Notes under the pieces: generated by a model
The model's input: the letters and a program-made list of their open reading frames with translations, nothing else
Database searches by the model: none
What the model was told of the DNA's origin: nothing
Assembly (NCBI RefSeq): GCF_009914755.1
Contig: NC_060933.1
Strand: one strand, 5' to 3'
Length of the DNA: 64,000 nucleotides
Source: the human T2T-CHM13v2.0 reference genome, Homo sapiens
In this document: positions 13,011 through 28,494 of the stretch, piece after piece
Layout: each line of letters opens with the position of its first letter
Position numbering within the stretch: the stretch's first letter is position 1
Made by a program: the position numbers and the translations under genes

Positions 13011-16000
13011 ATCACATAGTATAGTTATTAACTACACTCCTTGTGTGTCTATGGTTAATTAGACCAGAAAAGCTAATCCTGAAATGAAAGCCTCAGAACA
13101 GCAGAAAATAGTTACTCTGAAATCTCAGACAGTTTTTAATCAGGTTAAGATAAAAAAAAAAAAAAAACTAAGCATCTATCTGTTGAAATTCACCTATCTA
13201 AAAGCTAAAATATTTGTGGATATTTCTACTGGACCATTTCAAACTTATTTTGACAAGCTAGGAATAATCTCTCCTTGAATAAAACTCACGAGGGTAAAAA
13301 CCAGAAAAAAAAAAGATTCAGATGAAGAAACAAATTCTATAGCTCTCAACCTGAAATAATATCTCACATCCCCTGACAACTAGACTAGTGTTTCTCTACT
13401 AAAGCATACTGCCTTCCAGCTATTTTAGGGGAGAAATGTGTTCTAGTTAAATTACTGTTCTGGGGAATACTTTGGGAGGTGATCTCTGATCTCTTTTTCT
13501 GAAATCAAGAATATTTTTAAATCTTCTGGGAGAATATTGGAAATAATGAGCCCTATTTTAGAGAATAGAAATTGTCACTATGTAAAAGCTACCTCAATAA
13601 AGAGAAAGTGAAAAATAAAGGAAGCAGAGGAGGTCCACTTTGGCAATGAATTATTACTTTTTTTTTTTTTAAAGATGAGGGGCATTACTTTATGGGCCAT
13701 GAAAATGTTTGGATTTTTAAAAAAAATTCTATAGGTATTTCTCCCTTTCAGAAGTTACTAATTTTGCAAAAAAAAAAAAAAAAAAAACTGTAAACAACCT
13801 TTCATTTTAACTAACCATACTACTTAAATACTTAATGTGAAATTTGTTTTTTAATAGAATAACCCACTTTAATAGAATAACCCATTAAGATGCTAATGAT
13901 CATGTATAGAGAAGTTAACTCCATTTATACCAGTAAAATACACACATTGAATTTGTCTGTGGAGTAAATTAAATACTAAAAGTAAACTTTATTAGCCCTT
14001 GCCATATACATCCACAGTAATTTAAGTTATAAAACTGAGTAACTTGACTCTACCTTAAAAACCAATTGTGTCTTTTAAAGTTTATTAGTCTACATATTAT
14101 TTTTAAAAAACATAGCAGTAACTGAACCAAAGATTTAAAATAATTTCTTATTAATTTCTACCATTTCCCCAAATGCTCAAAAATCAATAAAATATTTTAA
14201 AAGTGTTGCAGAAAGGAGAAAAATATATTTATTTGAATATATAAAACCAAAGTTTGTCATTTTGAAAGAAGTAGTTCAAATAAATAGGGCTGCCTCCTCC
14301 CATCAAAAGCAAACCTCCTTCAGACAACAGTTCATAAAATGAGCACAGAAGTATTGGATGCAGATGGCAGACTAGAAGCAGCTCATGTGTGCTGCTCTCA
14401 CGGAGAAGAAACAAAGGGCTAGTGAACACTGAACCTACAAGCCAATTGTCTAAGAAACCACATTGAGATCCATCAAGACAGCAAAGGGACACAGAGGGCA
14501 GAGAGGAGCAAAGTTGGGCAGCAGCCTATCTGGGATCAATGTGGAGCCAGAAGAAGCTCCCAAAAACGTGAAACAAGGTTAAGAGTGAGTAAATGAGAAC
14601 TCCCTGGGGGATTCATACTCTCCACAGGACCTGTGCAAATCTGGGAATGGGAGAAACACCGTGGCACACACACACATCTCCCTTATGTTTCTGAACTGAG
14701 GCAGAGAGCCATAGAGACTTTTTGGGTTGGCAACTCTCAAGTGCAAGGGGACTTCTACAAGCCTTGGTCCCTGGAACAGATTGGGACCAGTGCAATAGCC
14801 CCAGTAGAGGCTGCAGTTGTGGAGCCTGAGAACAGTAAGATTGCTATAGCTCCCTCATCAGACAAGGGGCTCGGGGCCAGCTTCCAGCTGAGTGGTGAAC
14901 AGAAGCCTTCTGCCACAGCCTCCTGTTGCCCCAGAAAACACCCAGATGGCAGGATGTATGTCATTCACCCCCACCACTAATAGCCAGGTGGGCCACACCT
15001 GCCAGAGCTTCTAGCCCAGTGGTCTCACTTCTGTTGCTCACCCAGACAGCAGAGTGGGCATATTCACCCAATCCTGCCTCTCATAGCCAGATGGGTCACA
15101 CCTGTTAGAACTTCCAGTCCAGTTATCTCACTACAGCCTGAACTCTGTGGGCAAGTGCAACACCGTGTTCCCTTCCAGAAACACTCAGACAGCATATTAG
15201 GCAACCCTCGCCTAACCCCACGTTTCAGTTGAGCGGGACTTCCTGGTTTGGGCAGAGCCCTCATTCTCAGGTTACTGAAACAGATGAGATGCCCAAGTTC
15301 ACAGGGTGGTAGAAGATACAGCTTGTCTGCCAACCATGATCCCTGCTTGAGGGAACCCTGTAGACCAGAACACCCAACAAAAGAAATGCGTGCATGGAGC
15401 CAGTGATCAGAGTGGATTCCTTTAAGTCCAGGAGCAGGCTGGGTGAGGGGATTATCCTCCATCTACACCACAGAGCAATACTGCCAACTGCACCAAAACA
15501 CAAAAGAGCTATGCAGAAGAGTAATAGACTATCTGCTGGCTAATACTCTTAAACACCATGTATTGGATTATAGCCTAAAATACAACCCCAAATATTTTGC
15601 CAGTATACAGTGCAGGCAAAATCTAAGTGCCCTACCCCAGCCAGTGACCCATCCCAGCCAAGACATGTGCACCCCATGCACTGTCATGGCTGCTGGCATG
15701 AGTGAGTGAGCATGGAACCCATTGCCACCACCTGATGAAGCGCTTTGGCCAGCACTCTCCTTTGGAGGGATGAGGTCCACAGACTGGGAACACCTAGGCC
15801 CCTCCAGCGCAGCAGGTTTCTAACTCTGAGGGGCCAGAGAACCAAGTAAGGACCTTTATACAAGCCCCCTAGAGTTAGAGCACACAGGCAAGGAGTACTG
15901 ACCTGAGCCCTGATCTGCTGAAATCTTTCAGAATTGAAGCCAGTCTCCTGAACCCTCCTTATACCACAGTCAAACCTCCATGGGCATCAAGGAAGATAAA

Positions 16001-17070
16001 AGCAAAAAAAAAAAAAAAAAAAAAAATTCCAAAGGACATCAGCTTCAAACATTAAGGGATCGTAAGTCCACACAGATGAGAAAGTGCCAGCACAGAAATC
16101 TGGCAGCTCAAGAAGCCAGACTGTCTTCTTACCTCCAAATGACTTCGCTAGTCCCACAATAGTTCTTTACCAGGCTGAAATGGCTGTAATGACAGACATA
16201 GAATTCAGAATATGGACAAGAATACAGATTATTAGATTCAGGAGAAAGTCAAAACCCAATCCAAGGACTCTAAGAAATACAATAAAATGATATAGGAGCT
16301 GAAAGAGGAAAAGACAATTTTAAGGAAGAACCAAACTGGTTGTGATTGTATTATGAAATTTTTGTAGTGAGTTTTTTAGCTCACTCAATACAAACATTGC
16401 ATAATACAGTTGAAAGAATTAACAGCAGAATATGTAATACTGAGAAAAGAATCTCAGAGTTTGAAAACTGGATCTCTGAATTATCTCAGACAAAAAAAAA
16501 TTTTTTAAGTAAAAAGAATGAGCAAAACTCCTGAGATATATGGGATCATATAAAGAGATCAAATTTATGACTTGTTTGTATCCCAATGAGTCATTAAAGG
16601 GACTCATTAAAGAGAGTGTGAGAAATTTTCCAAATTGCTCAATTTGGAAAATATAGTCGTGGATATAATCCATGAAAGTTTCCTCACCCTTGCTGGAAAA
16701 GTCAATATTCAAATTCAGGAAATGCAGAGGACCCCTGTGAGCTACTATACAGGATGACCATCTCAAAGATATATAGTCATCAGATCTTCCACTGAAATGA
16801 AAGAAAAAATATTAAAGGCAACTAGAGAGAAGGGGAGGGTCACTTACAAAAGGAACCTCATCAGGCTAACAGTGGACCTTTCAGCAGAAACTTTACAAGC
16901 CAGAAGAGACTGGGGCCTATATTCAGCATTCTTAAAAAATAATAAAAAGAAAAGAAACTCCAATCAATAATTTCAAACCATCAGAACTAAGCTTCATAAG
17001 CAAAGCAGAAATAAGATATATTTCAGAGATGCATATGCTAAGGGAATTTGTTATCAGCAAACATACCTTA

Positions 17071-17410
<340 letters not shown>

Positions 17411-17643
17411 TTACCAGCCACCCCAAAACACACTTAAGTACAAAGACCATTGACACCATAAAGCAACTACAAAATCAAGTCTGCATAATAACCAGCTAAC
17501 AAAATGATGACAAAATCAAATCCTCACATATTAATATTAGCCTGGAATGTAAATAGGCTAAGTACCCCAGTTGAAGTTACAGAGTGGCAAGTTATATAAA
17601 GAAGCAAGACTCAATGGTATGCTGTCTTCAAGAGACCCATTGC

Positions 17644-18169
<526 letters not shown>

Positions 18170-21100
18170 CTATCCTAAATATACATGCACCCAACACAGA
18201 AGCATCCAGATTCATAAGCAAGTTCTTAGAGACCTTAAAAGAGACTTAGATAACCACACAGTAATAGTGGGTGACTTCAGCATCACACTGACAGTATTAG
18301 CTAGATCATCAAGGTAGAAAACTAAGAAAGATATTCAGGACCTGAATTCGACACTTGACCAAAACTAACATACAACTACAGAACTCTTCACCTAAAACGA
18401 ACAGAATATACATTCTTCCCATCTGCACATGGCACATACTGTAAAATCAAAAACACAATTTGCCATAAAACAAATATCAGTAAATTCAAAAAACTCAAAA
18501 TCTTACCAACTGCATTCTCACACTTCTGCACAATAAAAATAGAAATCAGTGCTAAGAAGATGGATCAAAACCACACAATAATGAATAGAAATTAAATGAC
18601 TTGCTCTTGAATGTATTTTTAGCAAAAATTAGAATTAAGACGGAAATCAAGAAATTATTTGAAGCTTATGAGAAAAAAGATACAACATACCAGATTCTCT
18701 AGGACATGGCTAAAGCAGCGTTAAGAGGAAAGTTTAGGGCACTAAACACCCACATCAAAAAGTTAGAAAGATGTCAAGTTAACAATCTAACACCACATGT
18801 AGAAGAACTAGAAAAACAAGAGCAAGCAAACCCCAAAACTAGGAGAAGACAAGAAATAACCAAAACCAGAGCTGAACTAAATGAAATTGAGACACAAAAA
18901 GCAAACAAAAGATTAACAAAACCAGAAGTTGGTTCTATGAAAGAAGAAATAAGAGATTGATAGACTGCTAACTAGACTATAATTTTAAAAAAATAGGTGA
19001 GAAGATCCAAATAAATGCAATAAAAAATGACAAAGAGGACATTACCACTGACACCACAGAAATTAAAAAAAAACCCTCAGAGATTATTATGAACACCTCT
19101 ATGCACACAAAATAGAAAACCTACAAGAAATGGACAAATTACTGGAGACATACAACCTCTCAAGATTGAACCAGGAAGAAACTGAAACCCTAAGTAGACC
19201 AAAAAATGAGCTCTGAAATTGAATCTGTAACAAAAAGGCTTGCAAAGCAGAAAAAGTCCAGGACCAGATGGATTCACAACCAAATTTTACCAGCTGTACA
19301 AAGAAGAGCTGGCACCACTAATACTGAAACTGTTCTTAAAAGTTGAGGAGGAGAGACTCCTCCCTAACTCATTCTAGGCCAGCCTCTTTCTGATACCAAA
19401 ACATGGCAGAGGCACAATGAAAATAGAAGACTTCAGGCTAATATCCTTGATGGACATAGATGCAAAAATCCTCAAAAAAATACTAGCAAATTGAACCAAG
19501 CAGCACATCAAAAAGCTAATCTACCACAATCAAGTAGGCATTATCCCTGGATGCAAGTTTGATTCAACATATGCAAATCAATATATAAGATCCATCACAT
19601 AAAGAGAACTAAAAACAAAAAGCACATGATCATCTCAATAGATGCATAAAATACTTTTGATAAAATTCAACATTCTTTCATGTTAAAAACCCTAAACAAA
19701 CTAAGCATTGAAAGAACATATCTCAAAATAATGAGAGCCATCTATGACAAACCCACAGCCAACATCATACTGAATGTACAAAAGCTGGAAGCATTTCCCT
19801 TGAGAATTGGCCTGAGACAAGGATATCCTCTCTCACCACTCCTATTCAACACAGTATTGGAAGTCCTGGACAGAGCAATCAGGCAAGAGAAAGAAATACA
19901 AGACATCAAAATAGGGATAGAGAAAGTCAAACTGTCTCTGTTTGCAGACAGTATGATTTCATATCTGAAAACTCCATAGTCACTGCCCCAAATGCCTAGA
20001 TCTGATAAACAACTCTGGCAAAGTTTCAGGATATAGAGATACAGAAGCAATGTTTAAATATCAGTAGCATTTCTATATACCAACAAAATCAAATCTGAGT
20101 GTCAAATCAAGAATAAAATCTCATTCTAATAGCCACAAAAAATACCTAGGAATACAGCAACTAGGGAGTTTAAGAGCTCTACAATGAGTATTATAAAACG
20201 CTACTGAAAGAAATCATAGGTAACACAAACAGATGGAATAACATTCCATGCACATGGACAGGAAAAATCAATATTGTTAAAATGGCCATATTGCCAAAAG
20301 CAATTTATATATTTAATTCTATCCCTATCAAACTACTAATAACATTCTTCATGGAATTAGAAAAAACTATTATAAGATTCATGTGGAACCAAAAAATAAC
20401 CCAAATAGACAAAGCATTCTTAAGCAGTAGGACAAAGCTACCTGACTTCAAACTATACTACAAGGCTACAGTAACCAAAACAGCATGGTGTTGTTACAAA
20501 AACAGACACATAAAACAAGTTTCAGTACATTCATAGACTAATGGAACAGGATAGAGAGCCCAAAACTAAACCCACATATCTACACACACCTGATCTTCAA
20601 CAAAGCAGACAAAAACAAGCAATGGGAAATGGACTTCCTCTTCAATAAATGGTGCTGGGATAACCAGATAGCCATATGCAGAAGATTAAAATTGGACCCC
20701 TTCTTTACACTATATACAAAAATCAATTTGTGATAAAGTTTTAAATGTAAAACCAAAAGCCGTAAACACTCTGGTAGAAAACCTAAGTAATACCATTCTG
20801 TACATAGAACCTGGCAAAGATTATATGACAAAGACACCAAAAGCACTTGCAACAAAAACAAAAATTGACAAATGGGACCTAATTAAACTAAAGAGCTTCT
20901 ACACAACATAAGAAACTGTCAACGAAGTAAACACACAACCTACAGAATGGGAGAAAATATCTGCAAACCATACATATGACAGAGGTCTAATGTCTAGAAT
21001 CTGTAAAGAACTTAAACAAATTAACAAAAAAACCGACACCATTAAAAAGTGGGCAAAGGGTTTGAATAGACATTATCCAAAAGAAGACATTCATGCAGGC

Positions 21101-22439
21101 AAAAAGAGTATGAAGAAAATGATCATCACTAATCGTTAGAGAAATGTAAATCAAAACCACAATGAGATACCATCTCACAGTAGTCGGAATGGCTATTAGT
21201 CAAAAAAGCAAAAAAAGTAACAGAAGCTGGCAGGGTTACAGATAAAGGGGAATGCTTATACACTGCTAGTGGGAATGTAAATTAATATAGCCACTGTGGA
21301 AAGCAGTTTGGCGATTTCTGAAAGAACTTGAAACAGAACTACCTTTTGACCCCGTAATTCCATTATTGGGTATATACAAAGAGGAATATCAATCATTCTA
21401 CCATAAAGACACATGCACACTTATGTTCATCACAGCACTATTCACTATAGCAAAGACATGGAATCAACCTAGATGCCCATGGACTGGATAAAGAAAATGT
21501 GACACATATACACCAAGGACTATTATACAGCTGAAAAAGGAAGAGATCATGTCCACTGCAGCAACATGGATGGAACTGGAGGCTATTATCCTACGTGAAC
21601 TAATGCAGGAACTGAAAACCAGATACCACATGTTCTCACTTATAAGCGGGAGCTAAACATTGCTACACATGGGCACAAAGAAGGAGCTACTGGAGGGTGG
21701 AGGGTGGGAAGAGCATGAGGACTGAAAACTACCTATCAGGTACAATGCTTACTGGGTGAGGAATTAATCTGCACACCAAACCCCCGTGACATGCAATTTA
21801 CCTATGTAACAAACCTGCACCTGTCCTACCCAAACTAAGATAAAAGTTTTAAAAAGTGGTCCTGGAAGAGTGTGTCTAAATATTTATTTAGTTCTATAAC
21901 TAAACTGGCAGTATAAGAATACCTGAAGACAATTTTGGATGAAATTAAAGAACAAGTGATGTCTTATATTTGATTTCATAATATATTAGATATATAAGTA
22001 TACATATAAAGTTGCTAGAAGAGTTTTTCATGTAGTAGAACTTTCTATTCCTTCATCTTGTTGAAAATTGTTACCTAAAATTGAATCTATGATATGATTT
22101 AACAGTAAACCATAGAAATACCATTTTCTTTTCGTAACATCTGCTCTTCAGGGAACTCGTGTTAATGATGGTTAAAGAGTGGGTAATATTTTATGGTAAC
22201 ACAAGGCACTTGCCAATTTTATGTTCTTCTTTGTTATCTTGTTACATGAACACCTGTGTTTTTACTTTTTCAAGCTTTGCTTTGTGTAGGGAGTGAGAAT
22301 GGGACTGCCTTATTATCTTAGAGTTAAACTAAATGCGGTAGTTATGATTTGAAGAAGAAAGATTGTGACATGTAGCATAAGCGAGTCTGTTAGCAATAAG
22401 ATGTTTTATTGATATGCTAAAGTGATTTTTGTTTTAAAA

Positions 22440-22940
22440 AACTGGATTTTGCCTCTGTTTTCCTTTATATTTCCTTGAAAGCCATTGTATTCACCCCTTT
22501 CCACCCCCAAACATACTATTCTGCAGCCACATGAACATGTACTCAGTTCTTTTCACATCTTATGTTTTCTCTTACTTCCAGGCATCCAGGCATGTTACTC
22601 CCTGTGTTTATGTCTTTATTATGACTTATTTTATCTGGCTAATTCCTATTTATACCTCAGACTCAAATTCAATGTCATTTTCAACAGGAGGCTTTCATAA
22701 TTGCAAAGCTTTTGCCATTCCTCCATTCATGAAATTTCAATATATGCCTTTCCTACATGTTCTCATTTCCTGTATTATCTACATTGGGTTCAGTTATTGA
22801 CAACATTAAATATACGTGTATGTTTATCTTTATCTCTGTCTAGATTTCAAAGGCGCGGGAATTGTGTATGTCATGTGTGCCTCATAATTTCTGTGTCTAG
22901 CATGGGACCTGACACATAATCATCCTCAATATATTATTGC
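22440..22940 (+). mobile_element. L2 3' fragment
   Basis: 'ctggctaattcctatttatacctcagactca' and terminal 'tctagcatgggacctgacacataatcatcctcaata'. Confidence 0.65.
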
Positions 22941-23833
22941 TATGGGCAGTCTTTAAAGTGGTTCTTACATCCGTGGTCAAAAAACAGACCATGGTCAAAG
23001 ACAGACCATTACCGAAGTGTCACACAAAATAAGAAAACTGGAAGGAGCAAAGTACAGTATTGAATTTGGGGAACAGGACAGATAGAATAAAGCTGAGTAA
23101 AAGTAAAGTGATGAATCCAAAGGGTTGAGGAAGACTGATGTTCTATGTTCATGCAGTGATACTGATTGGAACATTTAAATTTTCATGGATGTTCATCTTG
23201 AGATTTCATGGTACCCTGTGATCTAAAGACATATCATAGACTTGAAAAGAAAAATGTTAATAAAAATATTATTTGAGTATGATATTATTAAATGAAATGA
23301 GCATTTTCCACAGTTACCTGATTTAGTAACCTCACTGTAGTTAGGAAAAAGGACTCAATGAAGTTAAAAAAAAACTCACCAGAAGCCTCCAAGCTTTACA
23401 ATTCAGTTAAGTTCACCTAAATCAATGATATTGATGCCATGTTGTCCCCAAGGCAACAATAGGCTATGCAGAATTCATCATAACAGATAAGTATAAAGAA
23501 CTAATTGATAGACTTTGATAAGTTTTCCTTTAAATTTTTTTTTTTCTGTGTTGGATGTCCCTTACACTTGACCAAGTGTTATCCTCAACTTCAATGATAC
23601 AAGTTCAGGTATTTACCAGTAATAAATCACAAAGAGCATCACTTACCAAGCATTTGACTTCTAAAGAGAGTCCCTATTGTTTCTTCTCTAAAATTTCTCT
23701 CAGGCTCTCATTTATTAAATCTAGCCTCTGGGCTTAAACTACAATTACTATGTTCATAGGTCATCAGGGTTAGAGTAATCATATAAAAGAAAGACATTCT
23801 GAAATAAAGCAAACTACATTGCACAGATAACTA

Positions 23834-24093
<260 letters not shown>

Positions 24094-26850
24094 TTTTTTA
24101 GCCCTTTAAATATGCCATCCCACTTTCTTCTAGAAGGCCTCTAGATGATCAGAGTTTCCTCATGAGTAATCAGCTGTTAATCTTACTGAGGATTCCTTGT
24201 ATGTATGACAGGGTGTGTCACTTCTTTCTTTCAAGATTCTTTATCTTTAGCTTTTTACCACTTGATTATGATGTGTCTATGTGTAGATCTCTTTGGGTTT
24301 ATTTTATTTGAGGTTCCAGATGTGTAGATGAATATTTTCTCTTCAAATCTGGGATTTTTTTAGGTATTATTTCCTCCATTTTTTTCCTTTTACTATTTTC
24401 TTTTTTTCTAAAAGTCCTATTATGTGTATTTTGAAAGACTTGATGGTACCCACAGATATTTGAGGCTCTGTTCATTTTTCTTCATTCTACTCTTTCGACT
24501 TGGTAATCACTATTGACCAGCTTTCAAGTTCACTGATTTTTTTCTTCTGCCTGTTCATATCTGTGGCCATACCCCTCTAGTGAATATTTCATTTTAGTTA
24601 TTATACCTTTCAACTCCATAGTTTATATTTAGTGGTTTCTATCTCTTTATTGGAATTCTCTGTTTGATAAGATATAATTTCTACATTTTCTTCTTTGAAC
24701 TTATTTATAATACCTAATTGAAAGTTTTTGTGTAGTAAGTTCTGTGGTGATGTTTCTACAAGAATGGTTTCAATTGATTTCTATTTTTCCATGTGTATGG
24801 ACCATACCATTTTATTTCTTTGCATATCTTACAAGTGTTTTTTTTTGAAAACTGGACATTTAAAACACACAATGTGGCAAATCTAGAAATCGAATTTTCC
24901 CTTCCCCCAGGGTTTGTTTTTGTTGTCACTTATTATAGTTCTTATTGTTTGCTTATTTAATGATTTTTCTGAGCAAATTTTGTAAAGACTGTGTTCTTGG
25001 CTGTGGGTGGATACTGAAATCTATATATACTCCATTAGCTTGACAGCTAATAATTGGGTAATTATTTACTTAAACACAGAAAACCAAAAATATTTTCAGT
25101 CTTTGCAAAGGGGCTCTTGGTGGACGTGCTTGTTGGAGCACACCTTCAATACTCAGCCATGCAGTTTAAACCTCTACCATTGCCTTTATTTTCTTCTTGT
25201 ACACAGCTTTAAGTTCAGCCAGAGGCTTGAGATATTAGGGTCTTCCAAAGGCTTTCCTGAGGATGTGCACACCACTATGCATGAATATGGTCTTCTAAAT
25301 TTCCAAGAATGTGTCAGAGTTTTTCAGTGCCCTTACAGATGTCTCATTCTTCAACTTTTTCTTTTAAGCTTTTTGGTTGGTTTATTGTTCGCCTCAATTG
25401 TTATATATCACTCCAGGCAGGCAGAAGTATGTTAAAAACTTTCCTGTAAATGTTTACAAAATGATACTTTCTTTCCCCCTCTACCCCCAAGAGTGGCTTT
25501 TAGCATTATATGAATTTTAAGTCAGGTGAAATAATGACAAACCTTTTTTCTCTCCAGGAAATTACCAGATAGGTTAAATAATGGCTGCTCCTTGGGAATA
25601 AGGCTTTGAAACAGATCCAACTTTATTCTCCTCTCTCTGGTGCTGGGATAGGTATTGCTATTTTAGAAGACTGCTGAGCTGGGGAGTAGGGGTGGGACTA
25701 ATGTAAATTAAAAAGCCACAAAGCTCACTGTTCTCACCAAGATCCATTCATTTTTCTTGAATAAGTGCTCCTAGGTTACTGCAAGCTTTTGTTTAATTTT
25801 GAGTTTTGAAAATTTGATTCTGATATTTTCCTTCAGTTGTTCTGTTATTTTTTGGGGGGGAGGAGCAATATTTTAGAAGTCCTTATTCTTCTTTTTTTTT
25901 TTATGCTGACATCCTGAGATCCCTTCTTCCTTCCTTAATTCTCTCTGTTACTTTTCTGAGTAGTCATACTATTTGCTTATTATTGTTAGTATCATGAAAA
26001 TACCAAGCCCTTCTATTGGATATCACCAAATTTTGATTTCATTAAACAATGACATTAGGCATGAACTTTGTGAATAAATACTTAAATAATAAATACATAA
26101 GCGAATGAAGTAAGTCCCCTTGGGCAGAGTTGTAGAATTTCCATTCTTATGACCTACCTGTCTCTTTCTGGGCATAACCTCTGCACCACTGCACCACTGC
26201 TGTGGTAGGGGACAGCATGCCAATTTTCCAGGAGTAACACCTTTATTCCATGAGTGGGCACTCATACTGAGATGAATAGTAGCTTCCAGTCTTCTTAGCT
26301 TGCTCCATAAGGGTAGAGTCTTCATCCTATGAGTGAGCTGGGGTGGGACAGTTGAGACATGGAATTCTTGGCATATCACACCTAAAGCGTAGTCCTTACT
26401 TACATATGGAAGCTGGGTAGGCTAAGGGACCTTATTCTCTCAGACGTACCTACTGGGAATAGGGCTTCTGAAACACAGGGCTTTGAGATGGTATTTGATG
26501 AACTGTCTGTCCCAGGTGGAGCCATAGTCCTATACTAGGAGCTAAAGTAAGAAGGAGTTTCTGCTTTCTTGTTTGCACTCACCCAGAGCACAGTGTCTAC
26601 ATAAGAGTTTCCATCACATAAAGCTGTGGAGGGGGTGGGAGCAAATTGTGGCTCAAATGCCACAGATTCTCAATGTTCTTAATGATATTTCATAGATATT
26701 CTTGAATAAATGTTCCTCCACTGGTTATATGCCCTTAGGACAATCTCCAGAGTCTAAATGGTTATTTTATATCATTTTAAAAAGTTAAATAGTTATTTCT
26801 GTAGGGAGAGAGCCCATTGAGTTTTTCACAATGCCATTCTGCAAGAAGAT
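24094..26850 (-). mobile_element. Old L1M 5'UTR/ORF1 region, antisense
   Basis: T-rich antisense ORF1 motifs 'ttcaagattctttatctttagc', 'ttgattatgatgtgtcta', 'gaggctctgttcattttt', 'tttttcttgaataa'. Confidence 0.75.
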
Positions 26851-27104
26851 GACTTTTAAGAAAAGTATTTTAAACCTTTCAAGGCTCCCATTTTCTTTCA
26901 TATTTTTCTCTTAGTGCCTTTATCAGCAAGGAGACAGCAAAATTAGATTTGGGGGCTTGAAAGAGGTAAATGGTCATGTCAGCAAACTGACATTTATGTA
27001 GCATTTTTAAAGTAATTTTTTAAAGTCTCCCTTTATTCCTAAAGCATTTTCTGATTCATCTGGATACTGTTTAATACATTCAACTCCATCTGAATCTCTT
27101 TCTT

Positions 27105-27515
27105 CTCCACTGGACTTTACGCTATTTTAAGACGGAGATCATATGTCATTTATCTTTGTATGTGACTCAGCACCAAATATAGTGCCTAATAGAGTGCCTG
27201 CTGTTAAATAGGAGCTTAAGAGATGAAAGAAGAAAAACAAATTAAAAAGTGAATACATAAATAAATGAATGATGTAGTAGCATCAAATGGAAAGACTGTA
27301 GGATTTTGAATTAGAAAGACTTGAATTCAAATCTTCAGTCTTTCTTTCTTTTAATATAACCTTTGAATTCTTGTCTTAGCTCTATGTGCTTTAATGTCTG
27401 CATCTATAATATGAAACTAATAATATTTACCTTAGATGGTATTTGTGTAAACTTATAAAATAACACATATAAAATCCTAATATACTGCATATAACCACAG
27501 TGATCTCAATAATAT
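27105..27515 (+). mobile_element. L2 3' end followed by MIR
   Basis: 'atttatctttgtat...atagtgcct...aaatgaatga', then 'gaaagacttgaattcaaatc...catctataatatgaaactaataata'. Confidence 0.6.
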
Positions 27516-28262
27516 AATTTATATGATTAATACATTTCTATTTTACTGCTTAATAATAAGCATTTTGAAAATGGTCAGCATCAATTTATATACTGTCATA
27601 AACTATTTGAAGTAAGTGTTATAACAATAGCCAGTTCAATGATCTCAGGACCTAAGGAATTTAAAAGAGAATAGATACAAATATAAGAAGTTCACAAGAA
27701 TAAAGACAAAAATAGGAGAGAGAAAGTGAGAGAAGAAATAGAGAGGAGAGAAATGCAAATTAATTTCTTTCTTATTCTGTCTTGTAACTATGTCTTCTCT
27801 CTTCTTTCTCTATAATAAATTAATTAATTTTAAACCAGAAGATTCAGATAATGAATAATATATTCAATATTCTTGAGCAAGAGAAAAAACATATCCCTTA
27901 TATCCCAGTAAAGGCAACTGGAAGTCATTTGCAAACTGTTAGCTCTAAATTCGGAGGGGCATTACATCCTAGAAAATCAGAATAACAACAAAATAAGGGA
28001 TAAAGAATAACCTTGTTGAAACCGTGACAAAGGCAATTGATAGAATTCTTTTTAAAAGATTGCAATTTTCTATTTAAAGTCGCATCAACACTCACATCTG
28101 AAAAAAGACAGAAGTTTCCTGAGCTGCTCATGGACTCACCCTGGTTTTCTTCAAGTCTATGTCCGTTTCATTACATACCCACACAACACTGATTCCCTTT
28201 TCATTTGATGCTCCTTTATTTAATCTCCTGCTTCTAGCAACAGACAAATTTATTTTTATTAC

Positions 28263-28494
28263 TTTTTTTTTTTTTTGGTTCTTGTGTTTTTTTTAAAGAG
28301 ACAGGATCTCTCTCTGTCACCCAGTCTGGAGTAGGTGATCCTAGCTCCCTACAACCTTGACCTCTTCGGCTCAAGTGATTCTCCGACTTCCCCAATCCTT
28401 AGTAGCTGGGACCACAGGCATGCATGCACCACCATGCCTGGCTAACTTTTTTTTTTTTAATGTAGAGATGACGTCTTGCTATGTTGCCTAAGCT
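28263..28494 (-). mobile_element. AluJ, 5'-truncated
   Basis: 'gagacaggatctctctctgtcaccca', 'gctcaagtgat', 'gtcttgctatgttgcc'. Confidence 0.9.

Noticed and set aside
13850-13885. Short tandem duplications (also ~3777, 8368, 11413, 16589, 35462, 48005)
   Set aside because: Ordinary 10-25 bp slippage duplications; not individually informative.
14330-14360. TSD for the L1PA16-like element (and for the L1MA at 54830-61385)
   Set aside because: Flank similarity is too weak to call by eye.
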